A stretch of 64,000 nucleotides of DNA from positions 406,506-470,505 of the forward strand of contig ML992508.1 of assembly GCA_010093995.1 (NCBI GenBank). Direction: 5' to 3'. Under the pieces are notes generated by a model. That model saw only the letters and a program-made list of their open reading frames with translations. It did not search any database and was not told where the DNA came from. The DNA comes from Elsinoe ampelina (taxonomy: Eukaryota). The position numbers were made by a program, and so were the translations under genes. Positions 1-13,485 of this stretch are shown one piece after another (the stretch's first letter is position 1; each line of letters starts with the position of its first letter).

Positions 1-476
1 GTCCTGGGTATACGGGGATGGGGGTAAGGAGGGTGAACAGTCCCGCGGTAGGGGGAGGGGTGAACGCGTGGGGCAAGGCGAATGGGGAGGGACGAGGAGG
101 TGGTGAGGAGGTGGGGGAGGTGCACGAGCAGGAGGCGAAGGGGAGGGGGAAGAAGGGGAAGAAGCAGGTTTTGTATAATTGGGGGTAGATGGGAGGGAGG
201 AAAAGGACGGGAAAGAGGGGAGAGGGATGCATAGCGAGGGGAAGGCTTGAGATGGATTGGGGTCAGGGAAGGGGAAATGTAGATGATGTGAACATGGCTC
301 ATGGCGTGGTAGGCATGATGATAGAAGCACAGTCATGAAAACGTCAGTTTCGATTCGTCTAGCTTTTCCTTCTCCAATGGCACCATACCTCTAGCGTATA
401 GCAGCCATGCCAAATTTCCATACGTGACCCGACCCACTCCCTATCCGTTCCTCTCTTTCTCTCTCGGCAAAAAGAC

Positions 477-1876
477 CTACTCAACCTCCACGGCCTCCCC
501 CCTCTCCTCCCTCCTCTCACCCCCACCCCTTCCACCCCTATACCCACCCCGTCCCCCCCGTCCCCCCCTCTCAAACCCCCTCCCCTCTCCCTCACCCCTC
601 GCCTCCCTCTCCTTATCCGCGACAAACTCCCTCTTCTGCTCCCCCAACACCCTCAACACCCCCTCCAGACTCCTCTTCCACATGTCCAACCTCGCCGCCA
701 CCTCCCGCCACTGATGCTCCCCGAACACCCTGTACGTCGCGCGATGGATGAGAAACGTCTGGCCGCTCTGGCTGAGTTTGCCCTCCACCAGCCCGGCGCG
801 GATGACGTCGATGACCCACCTCTCCACCTCGGAAACCTCGATGCGGAGGGCCTTGGCGATGGTGGCGTACGGCAAGGTGCGGGACTGGGAGGCGCCGGCC
901 GCGAGGGAAGAGAGAGTGAGGAGGCGCATTTTGGTTTCCAGCGTCTCGCGACCGAGGCCGGATTTGTTGAGGAAGTCGGTGTGGGAGGAGGCGAAGTCGA
1001 GGAAGTCGTCCAGGACTTCGGTCGAGAAGATCTCGAGGAGGTCGAACCAGTCCGACTCCGATTTGCGGAGGGCTTGGATCGAGTCCAGCGAGGTGAGGTC
1101 GGAGAAGTCGAAGGTGGAGGGGGCGTTGAGGGCCGAGGTCAGGGCTTTGATGGAGAGTTTCGAGGCTTCGGGAGTGGAGGCTTCGTCGCTGTCTTGGATG
1201 GTGCGGAGGGCGCGGAGGAGGTAGGCGTAGGATTGTGCATCGTCGCCGCTGTCAGAGGCGACGTCGGAGATGGCGAGGTAGAGTTTGCGGGCGTCTTCTT
1301 TATCGATGTCCCAGTTTTGGAGCCAGAGGTCGAGGGTTTTGAGCTGGGGACGGAGCAGTTCGAAAGATTGGGTGGATTTGCGAATTAGAGTGAGGATGGC
1401 GAGGAGGATGTGGTAGCGGGCTTCGCTTGAGGAAGGAAGGGTGTTGAAAATTGTGGTGAGCACGTTGAGCTGCAGCCCGACAGAGTTGTGCGGTGACGAT
1501 GTCACTGGATTTGACAAATTTGTGCAGATTTTGGGGAGGAACATCTCCGGCTTTGGCGCCTGTCGGACGAGGTGTACGAGCTGGTTGTATGCAGCGAGGA
1601 ATTCTGTCTCGTATCAGCCTCAATGTCCATCATACCTCCCTTCATTCAAACGCCAAACTCACCTCTTTCTGGCGCAGTGCTCAATATTGGGCTGGCCGTC
1701 ACCAGCTTCTTCAATACATCCTCCTTCTTCCCCTCCTGCAATTGTGGTTGAATTTCTGATTGTACCGAAGTCGACTGTCCTTGCGCGCTCGACAGGCCGT
1801 CCAGATACGTCGCGAGCTCATCTGCGAGCTCCTCGAAGGAGCCTTCGACAATGAGCGTGTTCGTAGGGGCGGGCAT
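477..1876 (-). CDS. eIF3m: Eukaryotic translation initiation factor 3 subunit M (PCI domain); 2 exons (1876-1663, 1603-477)
   Basis: MPAPTNTLIVEGSFEELADELA start; GT-AG intron 1662-1604 joins in frame to ORF 477..1544; PCI-type C-terminus KMRLLTLSSLA...VERWVIDVIRAGLVEGKLSQ...HRATYRVFG; RGG-rich tail. Confidence 0.9.
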
Positions 1877-2115
1877 GGTGAATGTGTGGATTGGCGACCG
1901 CCGTGTGTCGTGTGCGATTCCTCGTCGTCCGCACACAAAAACTCAGAGTGAGGTCGCGCGGAATCTTGGCATTTTTCTTATCGATAAGCACGTGCCCGCA
2001 GACTTGCCCCTCTCCACCATCCATCCATCTCATCAAAGCCATCATCAAGCAAATTGTCTTAGACTATTGTATTCTTGTATTCTACATCTATATGTCTTGA
2101 AACTTGGTGATACAT

Positions 2116-5100
2116 CTATTCCTTCTTTGCCCTCGGCAAGCGTGCATCGATTGTCTGCATGAAGAAAGTCCTCTCCATCCACTTGAGCACTTCATCAATG
2201 ACAACAATGGGTGCGCTCCAGACGAGTACAAGCTTCCATTCGTTCCACGAGAGTGGTACGATGCCAAAAATGCCTTGGAGAATTGGTGTATAGAGTAGGA
2301 AAAAGTGCAACGCCATTGACAATGCAATGGCATAGACAAGCATCATGTTGTTCCAGAGTGGCAGAGTGGCCAGCGATTCCGACGATGAGAGGGCGTTCAT
2401 GGCGTTCAGCATCTCAATGACCACGAGAATGGACAGCGAGATGGTCGAGGCGGTCTTGGCTGGAGCGCCGGAGAAGACTGAGCAGGACGTACTGAAGAAA
2501 GACGGGTTGCTGATCGTACAGGAGTGGAAGTGAGTCTTTGACTTGTTAGCAATAGCGACGGATATCCAAAATTGGCGGAACTCACAAGTTGCCAGAAGGA
2601 GATCTGTGGGCCTGCCTCGTAGAACATAAAGTACCAGGCATATCCTCCCACTGTGGCGATACCGACATACGTTCCAATAACCATGTATCTGAAAAACAGC
2701 CAACCGCCTACCAAAGCTTCGTCTCGCTTTCGTGGGGCTCGGCGCATGACATCGTGATCAGGTGGGTTGAAGCTCAATGCAGTAGCAGGAAGACCATCGG
2801 TGACCAGGTTGACCCAGAGGAGTTGCACAGGAATGAGCGCTTCGGGCATACCAAGAGCCGCGGTAAGGAAGATAGAGACGACCTCTCCAATGTTGGATGA
2901 GATGAGGTACCGAATGAATTGCTGGGTGTTGTTGTAGATGCTTCGGCCTTCCTCGACAGCGCCTTCGATAGTGGCAAAATTGTCATCGATCAAGACCATG
3001 TCGGCGGCAAGCTTGGCGACGTCGGTACCGCTGCCCATGGCAACACCAATGTCAGCTTTCTTGAGTGCAGGGGCATCGTTGACACCGTCACCCGTCATTG
3101 CCACTACCTCACCAGCAGATTGCAGGAGGTCGACCAATTTAGACTTGTGCGTCGGCTCGGTACGAGAGAAGAGGGAAGCACGCTTCGCAGCTTCGAGTTG
3201 CTCGCTTTCGCTAAGTGCGTCGAATTCGCGACCAGTGTAGCTCTTGCCCTTGAGATCTTCGGTAACACCAAAGACGCCGATCTGTCGGCAGATGGTCTCC
3301 GCGGTAGTCTTGTTGTCCCCAGTGATGACCACAACACGAATGCCAGCTTCCCTACACTTGCGGATGCTGTCGGCAACTTCTGGACGAGGAGGGTCTAGCA
3401 TGCCGACAAGACCGATAAGAGTCATGTTCTGCTCCAACTTCGCATACTCAGCAGTCGACTTGGCGGTCTTAGTCAGTGGGCTAGAGACGTTCTCGATACT
3501 GGCGAGAGCGATGACACGAAGACCGCGGCTGCCGTAATCGACAACTTCCTTGGACAGGAGCGCGTTCAGCTTGTCAGAAAGGGCAACCTTCTTGCCATTC
3601 TTCCCAACCATGACATGACTGCATCGATCGATGATGGATTCCGGCGCTCCCTTGACCAACAGGCGTTGTGAATTGCCAGAGGCGACCAAAACTGACATAC
3701 TCTTTCGATCGCGGGAGAACTCGTAGGTCGCAATACGCTGGGCTCGTTGCTCGTAGTACTTGCTGGCATAGTGGACGCGACCTTCAGCGGAAACATTGCT
3801 CCTTCTGTTGTACAGCTCGGCATCACCAGTACCAATCTTCTCAACCAGAGTTCGCAGGGCACCTTCGGTGGGTTCGCCGACATTGTTGTAAGTGTTAGCC
3901 TTGGGATCATACGAAAGTTGAGCGTCGTTGCAAATGGCGCAGACCTCGGCGATCTGAGCAATAGTGGCAGAGTGACCTGCAGGGTTATCCAATATCTTGC
4001 CGTTCAGCGAGATGCTGCCTTCTGGGGAGTAGTTGGTGCCTTCCACGTCCAGTTCCTCCAGACCATCGCCTTTCTCGTTGATGTACACGATCCTGTTGAC
4101 GCTCATCTGATTTGTCGTCAAGGTACCGGTCTTGTCGGAGCAGATGACGCTGCAACTTCCGAGAGTCTCGACAGAAGGCAAGCTTCGTACCACGGCGTTT
4201 CTGGCAGCCATCTTCCTGGTTCCGAGAGCCAGACAGGTGGTGATGACAACAGCCAGACCTTCTGGAATGGCGGCCACGCCGAGAGACACGGCGATCTTGA
4301 GGTAGTAAATGGCGCCCTTGACAAAGCTACCATGGGATGGGTCGTTGAAGTGGCCGATATTAATAATCCAGACGAGAATGCAGATGACGGTGATGGCCTT
4401 CGCCAGCATATCTCCAAAGTCATTCAACTTCTCTTTCAGAGGTGTTGGCTGAGAGATTTGCGCAGTAATGCTTTCGTGAATGTCGCCGATAGCGGTATTC
4501 GGCCCAGTCAAGACCACAATAGCGTTCGCGTGACCGACTACGACAGTCGTGCCCGAGAACAACATGTTGACCTGATCCTGCTTGACGCCCCGAATATCCT
4601 TGATTGGAGCGGTCTCCTTGCTAACACTCTCAGATTCACCAGTGAGGATACTCTGATCAATACTGAAGCTGTTGCTTTGAATGGACAGGACTCTGCAATC
4701 TGCAGGCACACGGTCTCCCACAGCCACGGTCACGATATCACCAGGTACCAGCTCTTCCGCCTTGATACGCTGGATCTTGCCATCTCGAACCACCTTGGCT
4801 TCGTTTGCGGAGTACTCCTGGAGGGCTGCGATCGCTTTCTCGGCTGATGACTCTTGCGATACTCCGACGACCGAGTTGAGAATCAGGATAGTGAGGATCT
4901 AGCGCTGTGTTAGGAGAGCTCTTGCACGGCTGTCCAAGGGCTACTCACGACCGCAGGATCTACAAAGGCAGTCCAATCTCCTCCCTCTTCAAAGAGCGCT
5001 AGGACGAACGATACTGCCGCAGAGCCGAGGAGGATCAGTACGAGCTGATCCTTGAACTGCTCCAGTATCAGCTCCCAAAGAGGCGTGGGAGGATCCTCCG

Positions 5101-5277
5101 GTATAGCTGCATCGCGTAAGCTTTTGCTCGATGATAGCCTGATTGGTAATAGTCCATACCATTCTTGCCATGCTTTTTTCTCGAGGCCTCTACCGCAGAT
5201 TGTGACAGACCTCGCTCTTCCGTGACTTGAAAGTGCGAGAGAACATCCTGCGCCGTGCGATTGAATGCATTATCCAT
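2116..5277 (-). CDS. SERCA-type (P2A) Ca2+-transporting P-type ATPase; about 4 exons
   Basis: TGES, phosphorylation motif [47 protein letters not shown]; exons approx. 5277-5160, 5106-4950, 4898-2587, 2534-2116. Confidence 0.95.
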
Positions 5278-5827
5278 GACAAATGTTGTCGCCCTCCTGC
5301 AAGATGGTGTAGAGGTGGGGCTGGTAAGGGTTGATGAGGGACGAGTCGCTTGCCGTTTGCGGTATGCCTGGTGTGATGAAGGATGTCAAACACAAACTTT
5401 GATCGATACCCAAGTGCCAGAGATGAGGCGACGTCGACAGCACGAGAAGATCAAGAACGAAAGACTTTGTTTGCCAGGCTCGGGAAGTATCTTCTGTACA
5501 GCTGGCCGCAACTGAAATTCACTTTTAGATCTGCGAATGGAAATCTGGGGAAATGCAAAAAGTCACACTCGGAGATGACATCGTCCCTGATTCGAGCTGG
5601 CCAATCACAGGTGAGCACGGGTTCTGCATGTGTTTCGCTTTCAGCATTGTTGTTGGAGGCTGGCTATCTCCTTTCTTCTGACAACACTTTTCTTTGTCCT
5701 CGCTGTATGCCCTCGGGCCACAGAGCCCTGTCCAGCTCTCCGCAAATACCACGCTGTTGAACCGTCTCGCCTGACATATACCCTACTATGTACCCGTGTG
5801 TTGAAAGGATGTTCATGGCGGACCCAA

Positions 5828-8800
5828 CTAGTTGAGGAAGCCCTTGCAACCGACAGAACCGCAGAGACAAGGAATGCGGTCAGTACTGCCATACTCGCGC
5901 TCGAATTTGTAGTCGTATGTCAACTCATCGTCTGCGTACTGTCAGTATTGTACGATGAGAAGGAATGAGGCGGGACTTACTCTTCACGATGTCCTTGAGA
6001 GCATAGATGACAATACGCCTAGTTCCTTCGACCTTGATGATCTTAGCGGTGCAATTCGGCGTGCATGAGTGATTGATAAATCTCGCAATGCCACCCTTCT
6101 TCGTCGCATCGATAATCTCGTCGTCGACCATACGAAATAAGTAGGAGCTCCCCACACCTTGTCGATCGTACATTTCTTCTCGCATGTCGGCCACCTTCTG
6201 CCTGACCTTCTCGCCAACATACTCGATGATGAGATCGCCAGCAGGGATGTTCTCTTCTGAATACAGACCCCATCCATGGATGGCAGAACGATCGAACTTG
6301 ACAAGCTTCTTGCGCTTCTTGAGCTGATTGAAGCGGAATGCATCAGTCTCGGCACCTGACGAATTTTGCTTTTGAAGGTTGATATCGTTGACCATGCGAC
6401 GATTGTTTGCGCGAGCCGTGCGTGACGTTGCAGTAGCTGTGACCTTGGCCGCGGCCGCAGCAGCCTGTTTAGCAGCTTCAGCCACTCCCGAGGGGTCGTT
6501 CTTTGCCAGAGCTTCTCTCTCCTCGCGTGCCTTTTGGACCCGGATGCGATGTGGAAGATATTTGGACTTCTCTGACTCCAAGATCTTCTTGATGCCTTCC
6601 GTTCGAGCACTGCCGGTGGGGTTCGGCACGTAATAACCTGAAATGTGGGTTTCGACGTTGACAGGACCCATGACGCCTCCGTTGTTGAGAGCTTTGATCT
6701 CCTTTTGTTTCCAGGTCCAGAGCTTGACGTCGTTTATAGGGGCATTTGCAGAGGTGCTCATAGCCTTGTGCAGAAGAGCTAGATCTTCTTGGTCCTTCAC
6801 CAGATGCTGCCAGCCATCGATATCCAGGACCAAATTGTCCTCGTCTTCGACCGTACGACGTGGCTCGTCGGTCGAGACTCCCCATTCAACTTTGGCGCCG
6901 AGTTCAGGATCAATATAGTCTTCCTCAATTTCTTCCTCGTACACGATACGACGGACCTTCTCCTCAAGCTTCTCAACGGCCGCTTCGTCCTCGACGGCAT
7001 TCTCAGCAGCCTCCTGCGCTTGTTGTTCCAGCTCTTGGCGTTCCAGTGCCAGCTCCTTCTTCGTCTTGCGTTTCTTCTTGACTTTCTCCTTCTTTACAGA
7101 CACTTCCTTGTCGTCAATCGACGTTGCGTCGCCATCGCCGTGTTCGAGCAAGTCGTTTGCTGCACCATCCCGCATCGGCGTCGACTGACCTGTAGGAGTG
7201 CCTCCAGTCTTGAAAAGATCATCATCGAACTTCATGCGTTTCCGGTACGAGAGCTCGGTTCTCGCACGCTCGAGCAAAGACGAATCCGGTTTGTGCGAGG
7301 ATAGCACGTTGATGATCTGCTGCAGCTCGCCCACTGCCATATCTTCTGTGCGCTTTCCAAGGATGTCCCCCAAGAGCTTCTTGTAATGTGATGGGAATAC
7401 CTCTTGCTCGTCTTCTGTATCCCAAATGACATGGTCTGTCTTTCTCTTCTTATGCTTGGGCGTATCGTTCAAATCGCTCTCGAATGGTGTGGAAGTTCGG
7501 CTCGTCCGGCTCATCGGTCGACTTTCAACATCCTCGGTGTCTCTTGTCATGGATGTTCGACGCTCGTCGTCCGAGTCGTCTTCGTCGTCACGGAACATGT
7601 CCTGCAGGCGGAAGTGTAGCGGTCTTGCCGGTGCAGCTCGTGGAGCAGGGCGTTTACTCCGACGCTCGTCCTGATATGCGTTGTTGCTATTCAGGCCGCG
7701 ACGTTGAGAATGTGGGTCATGGGGCCGAAGTGGTTTGCTATGAGACAAAGGACGTCGTCCACGCGGCGAGGCATCGAGCGCTTTGTTGAGCAATACCGAC
7801 GGTACTTTGTTCTCATTGTCCATGGCGTCCGACAGGCCAAGCTTCCGTCGCTTTGCGGCATGGCGAACGGGATCCAGACACTCGTAAAGGCTAGGAATTG
7901 CGACCCTGACCTTGATGTCGTCCATGATCTTGGAGCGAAGCTCGTTGATCAGTTGATCCAGTGCTCCCTTCACAGGATCCAGATCTTCTGCTCGATGTTG
8001 CTTCTCAATCTCCAGATCCTCGTCCTCTTCATGTTGTAACCGTGCAATCTCCTCTTTCTTGCGATTTTCAGCCATGACTCTCTCCGGACTGGGACTGCGC
8101 TCGTAATCGGGGTTGCCGTACTGTTGGCATTCCAGGCTCATGGTGTAAGTGAACAAAGGAGTGTTGTTGCACTCGTTGAAGCAGCGCACGGTCTCATCTT
8201 CGCCTCGTTTGGAATCGTCGAAAATTACATAGTATCCCGACTGGTCAAGTCTGACTTCCTTCCACTCAAATGCTTTCAGTCTCTTCTTCAAGTGAGGTAT
8301 TGTCGTGCCCAAGACGGGTACTGATGATGCGGGGAGTAATATGTAGGGCTTCCTCTTGATCTTCGAAAGGATTGGCTCATCCTCTATCAGCGCATTCGCA
8401 CCAGTCTTCTGTATGGCAGCTTTTGGACATTCCGGTGGCTTGGTGACCACACGTCCGGAAGGACCTGTCGGCGCGTTCATGGGCGGTGCTGGGGAACCCG
8501 ACGGATGCGGCGTGCTCGCTGGTGCTTGTGATGGAGCTTTGGATAGTACCGGTACCGCCTTCGCTCGCGCGCGTTCTCGCTCTGCTTCTTCTTCCGCTTG
8601 CGCCTTTTTCAGGACCCTCTCCACATAGCGCTTGCATTTGCGACCCTCCCGGTCGCACTCAACCCTGATCGTCTTGAGGCCCATTCGCTCACCAGTGCCT
8701 TCCTTTTCAGCTCTGCGCGCCGCGGCGGCTGCAGGTACAGAGCTGCCTCTCGCAGAGCGGCTATCTCTGTACCTGATGAGGCAGATTCCAAGAAAGCTGG

Positions 8801-9680
8801 CAGTGTTTGGGTCTGTCTGGTTTTGAACCTCCGCCACTTCTCCGTACGAAGAGAAGAAGGTCTTCAACTGAGAGTCTGACGTGAAGGGGTCGAATCCAGT
8901 AACCACGACCTGCTTGGGAGGACCGGGACCGATCGATGTTTTCGGGTCGTGCGAGTATGGCTTAAGTGTATAGGGTGCTACGCGGAGACGACTTTTGCTA
9001 GTTGCATTCGGAGGTGTGCATTTCCCCGTCATGTAGCCAACAATGGCTAATCTTGGGTCCGGTGGCGCATCAGGCTCGTATGTCTGCCAGCAGGTATCAG
9101 CAAAGGGGTATAGAGCGGTTTTTCATCATATTTATCAAGCTCGACATCATGATGTGAAATTGTGATCTTGACATACCTCAGACCCGAAGGATTTGATTTT
9201 GGGTTTCATTTTCCGTTTCTCCTCTTTGCCGAGCTTGACATCTAATTCTGGATCCCATACCGCTCTATACCCCTTTGCTGCTCCTGCTGGTGGTCGAGCT
9301 TGTTTCCGATCGCGAGTCGGGGAGGCAAGTGGTGTAGCATTGCCCGAGGTCACTCGGGAAGCGTCTGATGTGAAGCGCTGCGCCGGAGTGCTACCAAGAT
9401 GCGAACGACCAGGGGTAGCACCAGGCATTGGGCTCGTCGCTTTTAGAGGAGAGGACTCGGGGATGGTCAGAGGCGTCGCAGCCCATGTCGATGATCTGCC
9501 GTTTGCTTTGTGTGCCTGAGCATTAGTACTGAACACAGAAGAAGCAGCGCTGTTGTGTGAGCTTGACGAGCCAACACCATTGAGAAGGTCGCCGCAGTCG
9601 CTGTTCCTGCCATCCTCTGGTCGGTGGTCAAGGCGACGAGATAGTGGTGATCGCCCATTCTGCAAACCCGATGATGCCAT
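5828..9680 (-). CDS. SET1: Histone H3K4 methyltransferase Set1 (RRM, n-SET, SET, post-SET); 3 exons
   Basis: n-[22 protein letters not shown]...ARFINHSC; last exon read by hand ELTYDYKF...[15 protein letters not shown] (stop 5828-5830); introns 9176-9084 and about 5980-5932; start codon 9680 is the most likely but not proven. Confidence 0.95.
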
Positions 9681-10375
9681 GATGGTTTGCGTGGAAGAAC
9701 AAGCAGTTCAGGTAGACTGCTACGGAAGTTTTAGAAACTTTCACGTGCAAGAATGTGAAGTTGTGTACCTCGTCCGAGCACCGAAGGGAGGCGCTCGAAG
9801 ATGATTGTGACAGCTGCCTCATCCCGACATGCTCTTTCCTTTTGTCGTGCCCATATGCAGCGGTCAACAGCCTGTTGATTGTGCTGTTTTACTGATCTGC
9901 CGAGTGTCGCGAAATGAAGATGAGAACCGAGCGCGGAGGTCTGACACGAAACGCGACAAGTCGTGATGGCACCGAAAGGTCGCTGGAGGTCGTACTGGCG
10001 CGGGGATAATCCGATAATTGGGTCTTTGATGATTGAAATGCCCAAGAGGTCAGTTGCGGGAACCGATTATTCTTGAGTTGAAAGAGTAGCAAAGGAGGTG
10101 GAATGCTGAAGCGGGATGGACCCAATTTCCAACTTCTCCAGATTGCCAAGACCATCTCTGGCTTCAGCTGCCAGCTGCCCTCAGCGCCTTGTGCCTCCTA
10201 CCACTGGATTGCCAGCAATTGGTGACAATCAAGCAGTTCGAGCTTCAATTGTCTGTAAACCAGTAATCATGGAGAAATTCGTTCGCATGAGACCTCGCAA
10301 TCATCATTTGGTATGTCCCTGGCTCTTCACGTTTTTCATTTGGTATCGGACCTGTATGGTTTTGGTATCACGCAA

Positions 10376-11080
10376 TCACTCTATGAATGTCCCTTCGTTC
10401 CAGCCCTTCCTCTTGATGGCAAGCTCGACAGCAGCTGATCCCCAGTCTTCGCCGTGATTATGACCCTTGCCAGCCTTGTCAATGCCTGCCCGTTCAAGAC
10501 CTTGCTCCTCGGTCAGGAGTGTAAGGAGACCGAAGATGACTGGGACTTCTTTCTCCAATTGTACTTTCATAAGGCCGTGGCTAACTGCGTCGGCGATGTA
10601 CTCGAAGTGCATAGTCGAGCCTTTGATTAGGACACCAATCGCAATGATAGCATCAAATGGATGTCGTGCACCTGATTGCTTGGACTGCTCGGTCGTTTTT
10701 GATAGATCTGTAGTGGATTGGGAAAGAAGGTCGGTGGCGGATGTGAGGATGCCACTTCCTGATGCTGATGCCTGTGTTTGTGAAGATGCATAAATTCGTT
10801 GCACGGCGTACGGAAGCTCATATGAGCCTGGTACGCTTTGGAGGACGATATTTTCTGATTTGACACCAGCAGCTGAGAGACTCTTCTTTGTGCCATCGAG
10901 AAGGGCGTCGATGATTTGGGCGTTCCATCTGGCATGAACAATACCTATTCTGAGCTCGGAACCTGCATCAAAATCAGTTGCCGTCCGATCATGTGCCTTT
11001 TGTATAATGTCAGCGACATGCTGGGGAAGCTTCTTACCATCGTACTGCTTTGCCTCACCAATCCCCTTGATACCGGACAT
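10376..11080 (-). CDS. RIB4: 6,7-dimethyl-8-ribityllumazine synthase
   Basis: RIGIVHARWN, VPGSYELP, IGVLIKGSTMHFEYI, HNHGEDWG motifs. Confidence 0.95.
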   Translation of the reverse strand: MSGIKGIGEAKQYDGKKLPQHVADIIQKAHDRTATDFDAGSELRIGIVHARWNAQIIDALLDGTKKSLSAAGVKSENIVLQSVPGSYELPYAVQRIYASSQTQASASGSGILTSATDLLSQSTTDLSKTTEQSKQSGARHPFDAIIAIGVLIKGSTMHFEYIADAVSHGLMKVQLEKEVPVIFGLLTLLTEEQGLERAGIDKAGKGHNHGEDWGSAAVELAIKRKGWNEGTFIE

Positions 11081-11687
11081 GATGATGCTTTGTATTCTTT
11101 TCCACTTGCCAAAAAGGTCAAAGTAAGATGACGGCCAAGATGAGATTGATGAGGACAGTCGCTAGCAGATATTTGCTGTGCCGTATTGCCAAGTCAGGTG
11201 TCGGTGTAGTGAAGCTGTGATGAGGAGTGGGAGGTCGAGGTTCTCCATTTTGGTGCGCAGTGTGGGGCTAGGCCCGATCTGTCCCTTCACAACACCGTCC
11301 TGAGATCTTGCTTTTCCTTCACAACAACTTCATTATAATCTCTCGATGGCATTGTATCGCGCTCGTTCTTACAAGATGCAGGTGACCGTCAACGCGGCAC
11401 GGCTTCATATCTCTACAATCCATGGCTTCTGCGCTGCGTCATGCCAACAGCCACGAGTCGACTTGCCGTAAGAGCCGTCCCGGTCTGGATCTTAGTGAAG
11501 ATCATCTTGCAATCAGGAAGGTCAGGGACCACGAACTCCTCTATCATCATACTTGAGCATTGCGCGCCACAGACTTTGGGAGATCATGGCCAAGGGATAT
11601 TGAGAGAAGACCTTGGGGCTACATATATTCAGTGAGCGCCCTCCGTGTTTAGTAGGTACAGGCCACCTGTTTCCAGCATCTCATACA

Positions 11688-13430
11688 ATGCTACATCCAG
11701 CGCTCCTGGCTATTGCCAGTCTGGCAGTTACGATCAATGGCTTCCTTCAAGTGCCGCACATGCCCCTCAGCGGCGCTCTCACCAGAAGACAAATTAGATC
11801 AATCAATGGAAGCGATTATCCCGCAGAGATAATCCAGATTCCCATCGACCATTTCAACGCAACAGACGATCGGACGTACAGCAACAGATTTTGGGTGAAT
11901 TCGCAATACTACAAGCCGGGTGGACCAGTCTTCCTGTATGATGCTGGGGAGCAGAACGCGGAGTTCTTGGTACCATACAACCTCTACGAAGTTGCTGGTC
12001 CAGCTGCCGTATTGCAATTGGCGAAGAGATTCAATGGCGTCGCAACCATCTTCGAGCATCGATACTACGGCGGGGTGCCTGTTGGTTCATATCCGGTTCC
12101 TATCGACGAAGAAGGCAGAGCCACTACATATCAGTACCTGAACACCGAACAGGCTCTCGAAGATGCGGTGTATTTTGCGAACAATTTCAAGCCGGCGGGT
12201 CTCGAACAACATTGGGATAAGTTGGTACCATCAAAGGCACCATGGGTTTGGCTCGGCGGTAGCTACCCAGGTATTCGTGGCACTCACCTCCGCGTCAGGA
12301 ACCCAGAGACCTTCTATGCAGCATGGGCTAGCTCGGCGCCAACAGAAGCGGTGGTGGACATGTGGACCTACTTCGCACAGGCAGAAAGATCAATGTTCCG
12401 CAATTGCAGCGCCGACTATCAAGCCGTCACTCGCTATGTCGACTCCGTGCTTGCGAACGGAACCACGCAAGAAGTCTCGGACCTCAAATTCCAGCTATAC
12501 ACAGTAATCGAAGCTAGTCCCGGCGGAGTACAAGCAACAAATCTGTCGCGTTCATCCTCAGATAGGTGGTCCGCCTCAACTGTTGGCAATTATCTACTTA
12601 CGCCGTTCAACTTCTATCAATACTACGGCTTCGAAAGGTCCGTCCAGCCATTCTGCGACATTATGCAAACTTTCAATCGCACTTCTGAGCGTACTACTGA
12701 CAATGGAGGCTTCGCTCCTCCCATCGCCACCGAAGGAGGTATAGCCCAGTCATACAACATCACCGCCGCGTGGAACGCGTTTCTCGTCGGCCTCGCAGAG
12801 ATTGACTACGACAGCATTCCTGGCAATGGTCTCTCAGATCCCAGTCAGGGCTATTCATGGACGTATCAGTATTGCAGCGAATATGGCTACTACCAGCGAG
12901 GTAATCCTGAAAACCCTCGCTCCATCCAATCTCAATTCTACGACCTCGACCTTTTCCAGAGTGGCTGCAACGAAACTTTCCCTGATGACAACCTCCCGCC
13001 TAGTCCAGACGTTGAGAAGTCGAACAAGTATGGTGGATGGTTGATTAACCCTCCTAACACTATGTTCTCCACAGGACAATTCGACCCGTGGCGATCAACT
13101 AGCCCGACATCCATCGATTTCGCTATTGGTGCTCCAGGACGGACATCCGACTCGAAGATCCCTAAATGCAACGTCGCACCGGATCCAAGCACCGTTTTTG
13201 GTATCGAGTATCGCGGCATGGTCCACGTATCCGACCTGCGAGCTCTTCTCGACCTCGAAGATCCGTATCACCAGAATTTCAGCACCGTCGGTTTCGCCAG
13301 CCCTATCGGCGTAGAGCCGTACTACGCCGGTCTTGGTCTGTTCCAGTCGGCATTGGAGGAGTGGCTGCCCTGCTTCGGAAACGGCAGCTACGCGCAGATG
13401 AGGTACCAGCTACCAGGCGCCTCTCCATAA
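11688..13430 (+). CDS. Secreted serine carboxypeptidase, family S28
   Basis: Signal-peptide-like MLHPALLAIASLAV; QIPIDHF, EHRYYG, LNTEQALED, nucleophile GGSYPG, ASSAP, QYCSEYGYYQ, DPW. Confidence 0.9.
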   Translation: MLHPALLAIASLAVTINGFLQVPHMPLSGALTRRQIRSINGSDYPAEIIQIPIDHFNATDDRTYSNRFWVNSQYYKPGGPVFLYDAGEQNAEFLVPYNLYEVAGPAAVLQLAKRFNGVATIFEHRYYGGVPVGSYPVPIDEEGRATTYQYLNTEQALEDAVYFANNFKPAGLEQHWDKLVPSKAPWVWLGGSYPGIRGTHLRVRNPETFYAAWASSAPTEAVVDMWTYFAQAERSMFRNCSADYQAVTRYVDSVLANGTTQEVSDLKFQLYTVIEASPGGVQATNLSRSSSDRWSASTVGNYLLTPFNFYQYYGFERSVQPFCDIMQTFNRTSERTTDNGGFAPPIATEGGIAQSYNITAAWNAFLVGLAEIDYDSIPGNGLSDPSQGYSWTYQYCSEYGYYQRGNPENPRSIQSQFYDLDLFQSGCNETFPDDNLPPSPDVEKSNKYGGWLINPPNTMFSTGQFDPWRSTSPTSIDFAIGAPGRTSDSKIPKCNVAPDPSTVFGIEYRGMVHVSDLRALLDLEDPYHQNFSTVGFASPIGVEPYYAGLGLFQSALEEWLPCFGNGSYAQMRYQLPGASP

Positions 13431-13485
13431 TCCATCTCCGTAGATCCAAAACCCATAGATAGCCTTCCTTAATCAGCCCTGAACC

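Noticed and set aside
1..300. G/A-rich start of the window as telomeric or satellite repeat
   Set aside because: No TTAGGG or fixed unit; better explained as the G-rich arm of a skew island centred outside the window
3747..4847. 366-aa + strand ORF, and similar ones such as 714-1388, 44310-44990, 53625-54374, 61058-61639 and 63318-63857
   Set aside because: Antisense shadows of well-supported genes with biased codon usage; no protein motifs
10660..10790. S/T/Q-rich insertion in lumazine synthase
   Set aside because: To my knowledge such an insertion is common in filamentous-ascomycete Rib4; not unusual
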